NCBI RefSeq assembly: GCF_000315625.1
Contig: NW_005434651.1
Location: forward strand, 540,045-604,044
Length of the DNA: 64,000 nt
DNA from: Guillardia theta CCMP2712
Taxonomy: Eukaryota > Protista > Cryptophyta
Direction of reading: 5' to 3'
The number at the start of each line of letters is the position of its first letter. Position 1 is the first letter of the stretch. The position numbers and the translations under genes were made by a program. The notes under the pieces were generated by a model. That model worked only from the letters and a program-made list of their open reading frames with translations, was not told where the DNA came from and searched no databases. Below, one piece after another: positions 46,044 to 61,463 of the stretch.

Positions 46044-46458
46044 GGATCTCGATGCACCTGATCGGCCTCGAGAAGCAAGAGGAAGTCAAGAACAAAGTCA
46101 GACAGGATTCTTCAGGCCGTTGACAACAACATCCAAGTCTCTGACTCTCGACAGTCGTGGGAACTCTTATTTCCTCCTCCTCTCCCTCCTCCGTCTGCTT
46201 GCCTCATCCTTTCTCCCCTCCCCTCCCCTCCCCTCCCCTCCCCTCCCCTCCCCTCCCCTCTCCTCTCCTCTCCTCTCCTCACGGCTCGGTTTCCCGTTCA
46301 TCCCCCATTGGATTTTTCGGATGCGTCCGTATCCCCCGTTACCCCCACCCCGATGGTGATGAGTACCCTATCTTGCATACGAAATACTGATACAAATTAT
46401 AGGGTGGGGTGTGCTTTCTCGGGGCTTGGTAGGGGTAGTGCGACCTCACATACAAGGA

Positions 46459-49400
<2,942 letters not shown>

Positions 49401-49583
49401 GGGGGAGNNNNNNNNNNNNNNNNNNNNNNNNNNNNNNNNNNNNNNNNNNNNNNNNNNNNNNNNNNNNNNNNNNNNNNNNNNNNNNNNNNNNNNNNNNNNN
49501 NNNNNNNCCCCCCCCCCCCCCTCCTCCCCTCCTCCCCTCCTCCTGTCACTTCTTCCCTCCATTGCAGTCTCGTGCTCAGCCTT

Positions 49584-50727
49584 TCACTTCTCCGTCTCCT
49601 CCGTCCTTGTCTTTGTTGGGCGTCTTCCTCTTATTCCTCTTCCTCTTCTTCTTGTCTCCTCCCTCCTCCTCCTCCTCTTTCCCCTCCCCCTGCCTCTCGT
49701 CAGCAGTAGCGCAGTCAAGTTATGCTCTCACCCAGTACTCCTCCGCGAAGTGCTGGTGTGCCGGTTCCAGGCCTGACAGAACGATCATGAGCAAGAGAGA
49801 AAAGGAGCCAAAGGAAGGGACAGAGGGGAGAGGGAGGAGAGACGAGGCAGGAAAAGGGCCGGGGGGGGAGGAGGGGAAACACGGAAGAATTTCACCAGCT
49901 TCTGATATCTTGCAAGTCGCTTTCTCTTCAGGTTGAGGATTTCTGTTTTTCTTCTACACACGCCAAGTCAATAAAACCATCCCGCACCATCCTCCTCCTC
50001 CTCCTCCTCCTCAGCAACCTCCTCCCCCTGCCCCTCTGCCCAGTCGCCCCCTCTCCCTCTCTCCCAGACTTTTGATCCTCTTCCTTTCCCTACCTCATTC
50101 CTTGCTCTCATTTCTTTCCGCTCCCCATCTCCCTCCCCTCCCCTCCCCTTCTCTTCTCTGCTCTCCTCCTGCTTCTGCTCCGCTGGCTCGTTTCGTTACC
50201 ATGGTGATGAGTCGTCTGCTCAACTTAGTGCTGAGAACATCTTCGCAATTGTACATGAGCGACATGCAAGGATGCTGCAAAGCACGTGCGTGAGAAATAG
50301 ATCAGAATGCCCTTCTGATACACTCCATCCCAATCCTCTCAATTCATCATCATCATCTCCAGCATCAACTCCATCTTCATATTTATCATATTCATCTCCC
50401 TTCATAATCATTATCATCATCATCGTCAGGAGCAGCGGCAGCAGCAGCAAACTCCATATTCCCTCATCAATTTCTCCTTCCTCGCTCCCCATTTTCTTAC
50501 TTGAGGCAGATCGTCAGCGTTGTAGCTCGTGGTAGTCGGGAGCCAGTAGACCAGCCTGATCGACAAGGGGAGGTCATTTCCTCTTCTACTGCTGCTTCCG
50601 TGTGTTCCCTCCCTCCTCCTCCTCCTCCTTCCTCCAACCCCTCTCCACCCTCCTCCATCCTCCCTCTTGACCCACGAGTCTTCTGCACTCCTTCTTCTTC
50701 CCCAACACACCGCAACCCGTAACACTC

Positions 50728-50768
<41 letters not shown>

Positions 50769-52169
50769 CTCCTCCTCTTGATACTCTCTATAACCTTTAC
50801 CTCTCACCTTCCGCCCACACAGAGATAGTTGGCAGCAAAGTTAAGCAGATTCTACGTCTGTCTTCTAAAGTTTGCGAGGAAGGGGTTTCTTACCCCGAAA
50901 TGAGCAGCAGCAATGAGCAAGGAGGCCGAGCCACAGAACGGGTCGAAGACAAGTTTTCCTGCCGAGGCTCTGTTAGCTCGCGTTTGTTGTGTTCGCTCCC
51001 AACGACACGTCGGCACAATAAAACGAGATGACAAAGATACAAGAATCATCGAATTTCATTACCTTTGCCAGCATGTGCGAAGTTTGCAACCAAAAGGAAT
51101 TTTCCGCCTGAAACCAGGCGGACCAAGAGTTACGGGGGCTCTGAGACCAGAATCCTCTACACACCGTCATCGAAGTTGAGCAGAGGTATTCTCGCTTCTT
51201 CAGATCGTATCTGCAACAGTCTCATCAGGGGCTGTCTTGCACGTCAGCGTCGCGGGTACTTGTCGAGCAGGTGTCTTTGCCCAAGGGCAATCTCACGGCA
51301 GAACCATCTCCGGTGAGGCTTCAACTCTGCGTCATCACGGGACAAGAAGTCAGAGGATCACTGACATGCCAGCACATCAACTGATCGCATCAAGACGATC
51401 ACTTGAACAACATCCTCGGCATGCTCAGAAACATTTCCACCTACCCTGACCTCACCTTTTGCATGTGATATGCCCTTGATACAGCCCACGTCTTCCAACC
51501 ACCAGAACTGGTTTTCCGCACGCGGTCCTCGCCCTGCATGAAAGAAATCATAACTGAGCTCGGGCTACATGCAGCACATCTCTACCCGTTCTGATCCCCT
51601 TCCGAGTTTGGTCCATCATCACCTAAAATACATCATTCCAGCGCACCAGCCTACAAGCTCACATCGCACCTTCCCCTTGAAGTCTATGTAGTCGAAGCAC
51701 TTGTTGATGATGGACTTCCTTGTATCCTCGTCAACGTGTCCGCCATAGCTCACAACGTTGATCTTGAACGTGGTCCCCTCTGCTAGGAATGGATCCTTCC
51801 TGTCAGGGTCGTACGACTGTGCCTGATCCGCACATGGCTTGCAGGTCAGGGACAGCACAGGTCGTCACGAGCATCCTGTACCTTCTTCAGCACATCGTCC
51901 ACCTCCACGCCTTCTCCCCACGGCTCAAACACGCCCTTGACCGTGACAGACCGGGAGCAAAGAATCCTCGCACTCTCCTCCGACGGGAGTTCGACTTGCA
52001 TGAAGGGGCACTCGTCTCCCACCGCTCCCTGCCTCACCCATTCCATCTTCGGCTCTGAGATCCCCTGCTGCTCCAGCAACGACCTAACTTCCGCTTCCCC
52101 GAACCCCAGCCTTCCCGCCGCATGCACGAACAGCAGCAGCAGCCGCATTCCTGGCGGCCGCGACCTCAT
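49584..52169 (-). CDS. TRM11: tRNA m2G10 methyltransferase TRM11 homologue, with the catalytic mid-section apparently missing
   Basis: PFMQVELPSEESARILCSRSVTVKGVFEPWGEG, YDLKKREYLCSTSM, GKLVFDPFCGSASLLIAAAHFG, LLNFAANYLCVGGR|LVYWLP, HPCMSLMYNCEDVLSTKLSRRLITM. Confidence 0.85.
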
Positions 52170-52520
52170 CCCCCCGCAAGCCCCCTACCTTGACTGCGAG
52201 CCCTGCGCGGCTGCGAGCCAGGCGAGCCAGCTGGCGAGCCAGACTCGGTCGGACTGCGAGCCTGGCCCCCCGAGCCTGGTCCGGGCGCGAGTGCAGTGCC
52301 GCGAGAAAATGCCCGCGGCCCGGCGCGGGTGCCGGGCCCGGCCGGGCCGCGCGCCGCCGGGGCCAGGGCCAGGGCCGCCAAACTTCGGAACATGACGATG
52401 ACTCGCGGTAACTTGATGACGGTGTAGTATGACTCTGTGACTGAGCATGCTAACTTTAAGTTAGTAATTATCCGAAACAACCGTGACTGAAAAGTATGTG
52501 ACAAAAGGACTCAGTGAATA

Positions 52521-53113
52521 TCAAGTTACACACAGGCAGCACATTGTCACGTGCACTTCACAACTCGTGACGGGCCCGCCCCTCTGCGCCGTCGCCTGCT
52601 TCAGCTTCCGCACGCTCTCCGGCCTCAGGATCTTGGAGATCGCCGACCGGCTCCGGCCGAAGATCGCCGCGATCTCCGTCTGGCTCATCCATGTCGTGGT
52701 CTCGTAGAGCTCGATGATCTCCAGCTTCTGCATGAGCGACAGCTTGGACTTGCCGTGACAAGCCTTGCTGTGCGCTCCCCGCTCCTCCTCCGTCCAGGCT
52801 CGCCTCTTGCGGGACCCGGCCACTTGCCAGTTTGCTGTAGAATTATCAAGTGTGTCAGGACAACTCTGCGGACCAAGAACTTCAATGGATGAATCGATTG
52901 TAACATCGTACGGCTTCGCGGAAATGTCAGTAAGAGGCACTTCTAATTCCTGCCCCTGCTGAGACCACTCTCCCACGCAAGCGGCTCTGACCAGCGCTAA
53001 GATAGATCTCCGCTCCCTTCCCAATCAGCAACAGAGGGACTGTCACCCAGAGGCCATCGGTGACAAGACAGTCGGAGCAGGTCCTCCTCCTCCAGAAGGG
53101 GGGCGCAAGCCAT
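52521..53113 (-). CDS. CENP-B N-terminal/psq-type HTH protein, diverged copy 1
   Basis: MACAPLLEEEDLLRLSCHRWPL (homologous to the array copies), an unrelated middle, then an HTH segment identical to copies 2-6. Confidence 0.65.
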
Positions 53114-54327
53114 GGAGGTTTGTTTGACTCATGCTAGGGGCAATCATTCAAGGTATCAGTGCGTGTAGAGGTAGAGGTTGCAAGTCTTGCCTTCTGCCGC
53201 TCTTAGCTCAATAAAGATGACGAGTTGCGCCTTATCGTGACGTTGCGCCCCTACCCACTACCCTCACCTTCTTCGATCAGGATACTAGTAAGTTACATAC
53301 CTTCTGTATCAATTCCCCGTCCCTGCTCCTTCTTCTTGCGCTCTCTTTGCCTGTCCCTCCTCCCCTATCCACTGCTTGCCTGCTTTAGGTCTGTCAGTCT
53401 TGATGGCTGTTATGCATAGATTGGGTTCACAGTTGAAAACTACAACTTGTGTTGAAGTTATGATGATGATGATGACTTTGATGCAAAAGTCCAACTGTCA
53501 TGCCATCAACTCAGAACTAATCCCGATCACGCAATGAGACGTGTATCGAAGCGATCTCTGATGACAACCAACTTCTCGCAGCGTGATCCCTTCTGGAGCT
53601 CATCGGCAATCCCTTCGACACACACGTGAACCTTGTGGTGAACAGAAACTGGGAGCAACTCGTCGGGAGGCTCCATCAGGTTTCCATTGGAGATAAAACC
53701 CAACCAATATCGCATGAAAATCATGGAAGCAGGTATGATAACAGTGCAGTCGAAACAGCATCCTGACTGTGCATCATATAAGCCCTGCTAAAAAACATCC
53801 AGATGAATGAATAATACATCATGATACTCGCCCACACACAAGACATGCCCGTCATGCGCAACATCGCGACAATGCTGCGACCACCGCCTTGTATCTCTAG
53901 TTTCATTCTCATCAAAGCCTACTACGGTAGTATTAGGTCCCCGCGGCACGCTCGACCTCGTTGGAGGCTCATCTTGCATGCCCAGGCCGGTCCCAAGGCT
54001 GCAGCGACACTAGAGCCCTATCAGACCACGTCACCTCCGCATCAGGCCCTTCTGACCTCCCCGCGTAGGCAAGCCAGTCTCCAGCCTAGAGCGCCGCGCT
54101 CTGCGAGCGTCGTCTAGGACGACTCCAGACCAGCTCTCGCAAGGCAGCTCGGGCACCCAGCGGCACCCAGCCGCCGAGCGCCGCCCACGCGAGATCCGCT
54201 GCCTGCCCTCTCGCTCTGCACGCTCTCCCGTGCGTACCCTCATCGTTCATATACAGTTGGTGTATCGACGCCATCGCCGCCCTGGCGCTGGTGCGCTGAC
54301 ATGGACCCGCAGACCGCCAGCCCGCTC

Positions 54328-55005
54328 TCACACTCCCTCGCTCTGCTCCCTCCTGGTGGATGTCAGCCTGGTCCGCCTCACGTCTACCCCGCCCCTCTGC
54401 GCCGTCGCCTGCTTCAGCTTCCGCACGCTCTCCGGCCTCAGGATCTTGGAGATCGCCGACCGGCTCCGGCCGAAGATCGCCGCGATCTCCGTCTGGCTCA
54501 TCCATGTCGTGGTCTCGTAGAGCTCGATGATCTCCAGCTTCTGCATGAGCGACAGCTTGGACTTGCCGTGACAAGCCTTGCTGTGCGCTCCCCGCTCCTC
54601 CTCCGTCCAGGCTCGCCTCTTGCGGGGCCCGACAAGGCCGTCCAAGTCCGTGAGGGCGGCGACAAGCCCCGGGGCTTCCTCCGCTCCCCCTCCCCGATCC
54701 GGCTCGGCCGCTGACGGCTCCAGCGGCTCCAGCCAGCAGCAGCTCTCAAACTCCTCTCCGCCCCCTCCCCACTCCTTGTCCGACCATCTCAGGCTCAGGC
54801 TGCTCGCCTCGGGCCCCGAGCTCGCCGGCGACGAGGGCGTGTGAGGAGCCTCCTCGGACTCGGAAGGAGTGCCGATCAGGTCCCAAGCATCGAGAGGCCA
54901 TCGGTGATAGGACAGTCGGAGCAGGTCGTCGTCCTCCGGCTCCGGAAGCAGAGCGGCAGCGAGCTCGGAGGAGGAGGGAGCACGTGGGAGGCAGCAGGGA
55001 AGCAT
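54328..55005 (-). CDS. CENP-B N-terminal/psq-type HTH protein, copy 2 (225 aa)
   Basis: RKRRAWTEEERGAHSKACHGKSKLSLMQKLEIIELYETTTWMSQTEIAAIFGRSRSAISKILR fits the LS..QK.EII......S..E+A..FG.S.S.IS.I pattern. Confidence 0.8.
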   Translation of the reverse strand: MLPCCLPRAPSSSELAAALLPEPEDDDLLRLSYHRWPLDAWDLIGTPSESEEAPHTPSSPASSGPEASSLSLRWSDKEWGGGGEEFESCCWLEPLEPSAAEPDRGGGAEEAPGLVAALTDLDGLVGPRKRRAWTEEERGAHSKACHGKSKLSLMQKLEIIELYETTTWMSQTEIAAIFGRSRSAISKILRPESVRKLKQATAQRGGVDVRRTRLTSTRREQSEGV

Positions 55006-56198
55006 TCAGAGGATGTCAGTGCCCGGGAGGGTTTCTTTTTAACGCACCCTACTACTCCCCGACATGGGGAAGCAGTCACGCGAGTTTCGGAGGCCTGGCT
55101 GGTGGTCGACTACCCCCTACCCCCTATGCAGGTGATGAAATCACCCGTAGCATCGAGTACCCCTACCCGCGCAGCTTGTACGGGCGGGCACCGGTGTATC
55201 AAAATACAGCTTTACTACAAGATGTTCACTTTCTGCGGCAAAAAAAGGAAGATGATTCCGAGTCGGTTCACATCTGCTGATTGTCGGACTTGGTTCTTCG
55301 GATCGGCAGTGCTTGTTTTTCAACAGCTGCTGCGGTTAAGTTTCCCGCGCTCCGGCTTGTCAACTTCTGTCCTGAGGCGCGCTCACGAGCAGTTGTGACT
55401 CGTGACCTGCTCTGGATAAGGGTAGCGGCTATCTGACCTCCTTGACCTCGAAGCTCCGAGTCTGCAGTGTGAGACGTGAGAGTCCCCTGCTGCTACGCAC
55501 GTCCTACCAGCCGCTCAGCCTCACATCATGATACTCGCCCACACACAAGACATGCCCGTCATGCGCATGCAACATCGAACAATTATTGCCATGGACCAAC
55601 GAGACGAATCGAGATGTCAGCAGCAGTACTGTTCACTTTTTGTATCAGNNNNNNNNNNNNNNNNNNNNNNNNNNNNNNNNNNNNNNNNNNNNNNNNNNNN
55701 NNNNNNNNNNNNNNNNNNNNNNNNNNNNNNNNNNNNNNNNNNNNNNNNCGATGAAGTGAGGGAAACCGAAAACTGCTATCATTCAAAGCATCGGACCTTC
55801 AGTTCCTATCAAAACAGAACTCCATTGGACCCTGACCTCGGAATCTCGTGAGCTTGAGAGTCATCTGCTGCTGCGCACGTCCTACCAGCCGCTCAGCCTC
55901 ACATCATGATACTCGCCCACACACAAGACATGCCCGTCATGCGCATGCAACATCGCGTCAATGCGATCACCAACGCCTTGTATCTCTAGTTTCATTCTCA
56001 TCAAAGCCTACTACGGTAGTAATAGGTCCACGCACCCGCCGAGCGCAGCCCACGCCGAGATCCGCTGCCTGCCCTCTCGTTTTGCACGCTATCCCGTGCG
56101 TACCCTCTGATCGTTCATACTGTACAGCTGGTGTATCGACGTCATCGCCGCCTTGGCGCTGGTGCGCTGACATGGACCCGCAGACCGCCAGCCCGCTC

Positions 56199-56876
56199 TC
56201 ACACTCCCTCGCTCTGCTCCCTCCTGGTGGATGTCAGCCTGGTCCGCCTCACGTCTACCCCGCCCCTCTGCGCCGTCGCCTGCTTCAGCTTCCGCACGCT
56301 CTCCGGCCTCAGGATCTTGGAGATCGCCGACCGGCTCCGGCCGAAGATCGCCGCGATCTCCGTCTGGCTCATCCATGTCGTGGTCTCGTAGAGCTCGATG
56401 ATCTCCAGCTTCTGCATGAGCGACAGCTTGGACTTGCCGTGACAAGCCTTGCTGTGCGCTCCCCGCTCCTCCTCCGTCCAGGCTCGCCTCTTGCGGGGCC
56501 CGACAAGGCCGTCCAAGTCCGTGAGGGCGGCGACAAGCCCCGGGGCTTCCTCCGCTCCCCCTCCCCGATCCGGCTCGGCCGCTGACGGCTCCAGCGGCTC
56601 CAGCCAGCAGCAGCTCTCAAACTCCTCTCCGCCCCCTCCCCACTCCTTGTCCGACCATCTCAGGCTCAGGCTGCTCGCCTCGGGCCCCGAGCTCGCCGGC
56701 GACGAGGGCGTGTGAGGAGCCTCCTCGGACTCGGAAGGAGTGCCGATCAGGTCCCAAGCATCGAGAGGCCATCGGTGATAGGACAGTCGGAGCAGGTCGT
56801 CGTCCTCCGGCTCCGGAAGCAGAGCGGCAGCGAGCTCGGAGGAGGAGGGAGCACGTGGGAGGCAGCAGGGAAGCAT
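56199..56876 (-). CDS. HTH protein, copy 3
   Basis: Protein identical to copy 2. Confidence 0.8.
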   Translation of the reverse strand: MLPCCLPRAPSSSELAAALLPEPEDDDLLRLSYHRWPLDAWDLIGTPSESEEAPHTPSSPASSGPEASSLSLRWSDKEWGGGGEEFESCCWLEPLEPSAAEPDRGGGAEEAPGLVAALTDLDGLVGPRKRRAWTEEERGAHSKACHGKSKLSLMQKLEIIELYETTTWMSQTEIAAIFGRSRSAISKILRPESVRKLKQATAQRGGVDVRRTRLTSTRREQSEGV

Positions 56877-57914
56877 TCAGAGGATGTCAGTGCCCGGGAG
56901 GGTTTCTTTTTAACGCACCCTACTACTCCCCGACATGGGGAAGCAGTCACGCGAGTTTCGGAGGCCTGGCTGGTGGTCGACTACCCCCTACCCCCTATGC
57001 AGGTGATGAAATCACCCGTAGCATCGAGTACCCCTACCCGCGCAGCTTGTACGGGCGGGCACCGGTGTATCAAAATACAGCTTTACTACAAGATGTTCAC
57101 TTTCTGCGGCAAAAAAAGGAAGATGATTCCGAGTCGGTTCACATCTGCTGATTGTCGGACTTGGTTCTTCGGATCGGCAGTGCTTGTTTTTCAACAGCTG
57201 CTGCGGTTAAGTTTCCCGCGCTCCGGCTTGTCAACTTCTGTCCTGAGGCGCGCTCACGAGCAGTTGTGACTCGTGACCTGCTCTGGATAAGGGTAGCGGC
57301 TATCTGACCTCCTTGACCTCGAAGCTCCGAGTCTGCAGTGTGAGACGTGAGAGTCCCCTGCTGCTACGCACGTCCTACCAGCCGCTCAGCCTCACATCAT
57401 GATACTCGCTCACACACAAGACATGCCCGTCATGCGCATGCAACATCGCAACAATGCTACGACCACCGCCTTGTATCTCTAGTTTCATTCTCATCAAAGC
57501 CTACTTCGGTAGTATTAGGTCCCCGCGGCACGCTCGACCTCGTTGGAGGCTCATCTTGCATGCCCAGGCCGGTCCCAAGGCTGCAGCGACACTAGAGCCC
57601 TATCAGACCACGTCACCTCCGCATCAGGCCCTTCTGACCTCCCCGCGTAGGCAAGCCAGTCTCCAGCCTAGAGCGCCGCGCTCTGCGAGCGTCGTCTAGG
57701 ACGAATCCAGACCAGCTCTCGCAAGGCAGCTCGGGCACCCAGCGGCACCCAGCCGCCGAGCGCCGCCCACGCGAGATCCGCTGCCTGCCCTCTCGCTCTG
57801 CACGCTCTCCCGTGCGTACCCTCTGATCGTTCATACTGTACAGCTGGTGTATCGACGTCATCGCCGCCTTGGCGCTGGTGCGCTGACATGGACCCGCAGA
57901 CCGCCAGCCCGCTC

Positions 57915-58592
57915 TCACACTCCCTCGCTCTGCTCCCTCCTGGTGGATGTCAGCCTGGTCCGCCTCACGTCTACCCCGCCCCTCTGCGCCGTCGCCTGCT
58001 TCAGCTTCCGCACGCTCTCCGGCCTCAGGATCTTGGAGATCGCCGACCGGCTCCGGCCGAAGATCGCCGCGATCTCCGTCTGGCTCATCCATGTCGTGGT
58101 CTCGTAGAGCTCGATGATCTCCAGCTTCTGCATGAGCGACAGCTTGGACTTGCCGTGACAAGCCTTGCTGTGCGCTCCCCGCTCCTCCTCCGTCCAGGCT
58201 CGCCTCTTGCGGGGCCCGACAAGGCCGTCCAAGTCCGTGAGGGCGGCGACAAGCCCCGGGGCTTCCTCCGCTCCCCCTCCCCGATCCGGCTCGGCCGCTG
58301 ACGGCTCCAGCGGCTCCAGCCAGCAGCAGCTCTCAAACTCCTCTCCGCCCCCTCCCCACTCCTTGTCCGACCATCTCAGGCTCAGGCTGCTCGCCTCGGG
58401 CCCCGAGCTCGCCGGCGACGAGGGCGTGTGAGGAGCCTCCTCGGACTCGGAAGGAGTGCCGATCAGGTCCCAAGCATCGAGAGGCCATCGGTGATAGGAC
58501 AGTCGGAGCAGGTCGTCGTCCTCCGGCTCCGGAAGCATAGCGGCAGCGAGCTCGGAGGAGGAGGGAGCACGTGGGAGGCAGCAGGGAAGCAT
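57915..58592 (-). CDS. HTH protein, copy 4
   Basis: One substitution (L19M) relative to copy 2. Confidence 0.8.
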   Translation of the reverse strand: MLPCCLPRAPSSSELAAAMLPEPEDDDLLRLSYHRWPLDAWDLIGTPSESEEAPHTPSSPASSGPEASSLSLRWSDKEWGGGGEEFESCCWLEPLEPSAAEPDRGGGAEEAPGLVAALTDLDGLVGPRKRRAWTEEERGAHSKACHGKSKLSLMQKLEIIELYETTTWMSQTEIAAIFGRSRSAISKILRPESVRKLKQATAQRGGVDVRRTRLTSTRREQSEGV

Positions 58593-59631
58593 TCAGAGGA
58601 TGTCAGTGCCCGGGAGGGTTTCTTTTTAACGCACCCTACTACTCCCCGAAATGGGGAAGCAGTCACGCGAGTTTCGGAGGCCTGGCTGGTGGTCGACTAC
58701 CCCCTACCCCCTATGCAGGTGATGAAATCACCCGTAGCATCGAGTACCCCTACCCGCGCAGCTTGTACGGGCGGGCACCGGTGTATCAAAATACAGCTTT
58801 ACTACAAGATGTTCACTTTCTGCGGCAAAAAAAGGAAGATGATTCCGAGTCGGTTCACATCTGCTGATTGTCGGACTTGGTTCTTCGGATCGGCAGTGCT
58901 TGTTTTTTAACAGCTGCTGCGGTTAAGTTTCCCGCGCTCCGGCTTGTCAACTTCTGTCCTGAGGCGCGCTCACGAGCAGTTGTGACTCGTGACCTGCTCT
59001 GGATAAGGGTAGCGGCTATCTGACCTCCTTGACCTCGAAGCTCCGAGTCTGCAGTGTGAGACGTGAGAGTCCCCTGCTGCTACGCACGTCCTACCAGCCG
59101 CTCAGCCTCACATCATGATACTCGCTCACACACAAGACATGCCCGTCATGCGCATGCAACATCGCAACAATGCTACGACCACCGCCTTGTATCTCTAGTT
59201 TCATTCTCATCAAAGCCTACTTCGGTAGTATTAGGTCCCCGCCGCACGCTCGACCTCGTTGGAGGCTCATCTTGCATGCCCAGGCCGGTCCCAAGGCTGC
59301 AGCGACACTAGAGCCCTATCAGACCACGTCACCTCCGCATCAGGCCCTTCTGACCTCCCCGCGTAGGCAAGCCAGTCTCCAGCCTAGAGCGCCGCGCTCT
59401 GCGAGCGTCGTCTAGGACGAATCCAGACCAGCTCTCGCAAGGCAGCTCGGGCACCCAGCGGCACCCAGCCCTCGCAAAGCGCCGCCCACGCGAGATCCGC
59501 TGCCTGCCCTCTCGCTCTGCACGCTCTCCCGTGCGTACCCTCATCGTTCATACTGTACAGTTGGTGTATCGACGCCATCGCCGCCTTGGCGCTGGTGCGC
59601 TGACATGGACCCGCAGACCGCCAGCCCGCTC

Positions 59632-60309
59632 TCACACTCCCTCGCTCTGCTCCCTCCTGGTGGATGTCAGCCTGGTCCGCCTCACGTCTACCCCGCCCCT
59701 CTGCGCCGTCGCCTGCTTCAGCTTCCGCACGCTCTCCGGCCTCAGGATCTTGGAGATCGCCGACCGGCTCCGGCCGAAGATCGCCGCGATCTCCGTCTGG
59801 CTCATCCATGTCGTGGTCTCGTAGAGCTCGATGATCTCCAGCTTCTGCATGAGCGACAGCTTGGACTTGCCGTGACAAGCCTTGCTGTGCGCTCCCCGCT
59901 CCTCCTCCGTCCAGGCTCGCCTCTTGCGGGGCCCGACAAGGCCGTCCAAGTCCGTGAGGGCGGCGACAAGCCCCGGGGCTTCCTCCGCTCCCCCTCCCCG
60001 ATCCGGCTCGGCCGCTGACGGCTCCAGCGGCTCCAGCCAGCAGCAGCTCTCAAACTCCTCTCCGCCCCCTCCCCACTCCTTGTCCGACCATCTCAGGCTC
60101 AGGCTGCTCGCCTCGGGCCCTGAGCTCGCCAGCGACGAGGGCGTGTGAGGAGCCTCCTCGGACTCGGAAGGAGTGCCGATCAGGTCCCAAGCATCGAGAG
60201 GCCATCGGTGATAGGACAGTCGGAGCAGGTCGTCGTCCTCCGGCTCCGGAAGCATAGCGGCAGCGAGCTCGGAGGAGGAGGGAGCACGTGGGAGGCAGCA
60301 GGGAAGCAT
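59632..60309 (-). CDS. HTH protein, copy 5
   Basis: L19M plus a P-to-L change (TPSSLASS). Confidence 0.8.
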   Translation of the reverse strand: MLPCCLPRAPSSSELAAAMLPEPEDDDLLRLSYHRWPLDAWDLIGTPSESEEAPHTPSSLASSGPEASSLSLRWSDKEWGGGGEEFESCCWLEPLEPSAAEPDRGGGAEEAPGLVAALTDLDGLVGPRKRRAWTEEERGAHSKACHGKSKLSLMQKLEIIELYETTTWMSQTEIAAIFGRSRSAISKILRPESVRKLKQATAQRGGVDVRRTRLTSTRREQSEGV

Positions 60310-61463
60310 TCAGAGGATGTCAGTGCCCGGGAGGGTTTCTTTTTAACGCACCCTACTACTCCCCGAAATGGGGAAGCAGTCACGCGAGTTTCGGAGGCCT
60401 GGCTGGTGGTCGACTACCCCCTACCCCCTATGCAGGTGATGAAATCACCCGTAGCATCGAGTACCCCTACCCGCGCAGCTTGTACGGGCGGGCACCGGTG
60501 TATCAAAATACAGCTTTACTACAAGATGTTCACTTTCTGCGGCAAAAAAAGGAAGATGATTCCGAGTCGGTTCACATCTGCTGATTGTCGGACTTGGTTC
60601 TTCGGATCGGCAGTGCTTGTTTTTCAACAGCTGCTGCGGTTAAGTTCCCCGCGCTCCCGGACTCCGGCTTGTAAGCTCCTATCTGAGGCGCGCTCGGCGC
60701 TCACGGGTGATTAGCCCCTCCCCAACAACTTTAGTTTAACTTACCTTGAGTAAAGAACAGAGAAGGTTCATTGTTCAAGAATGTTGAACGAGACATTAAG
60801 AATCCTCTGCTAAGATTTCAATTCTCCTTTGAGCACTTGTAATTTGATCAACGGTGATGCTGAATTAGTGGTGTCACAACTTGGTGACCTGATCGACGAT
60901 GCAGAAGGAGGACCAACGAGACGAATCGAGATGTCAGCAGCAGTACTGTTCACTTTTTGTATCAGGCTCTTTCACCTTCGTAACGAGATCTTCTGCGGCG
61001 AAATGTTCTTGCGATGAAGTGAGGGAAACCGAAAACTGCTATCATTCAAAGCATCGGACCTTCAGTTCCTATCAAAACAGAACTCCATTGGACCCTGACC
61101 TCGGAATCTCGTGAGCTTGAGAGTCATCTGCTGCTGCGCACGTCCTACCAGCCGCTCAGCCTCACATCATGATACTCGCCCACACACAAGACATGCCCGT
61201 CATGCGCATGCAACATCGCGTCAATGCGATCACCAACGCCTTGTATCTCTAGTTTCATTCTCATCAAAGCCTACTACGGTAGTAATAGGTCCCCGCGGCA
61301 CGCTCAACCAACCTAGCGCGCTCGTCCATCGTCACGACTGACGACTCCAGACGACTCCAGACCAGCTCTCGCAAGGCAGCTCAGCCACCCAGCGGCACCC
61401 AGCCGCCGAGCGCCGCCCTGGCGCTGGTGCGCTGACATGGACCCGTAGACCGCCAGCCCGCTC

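Noticed and set aside
54086-60714. Overlapping alternative-frame and antisense ORFs repeated in each unit (e.g. MSRQVQAVAH.., MRSLLGLGRS..)
   Set aside because: Shadows of the GC-rich HTH ORF. Their ends vary or are broken between copies.
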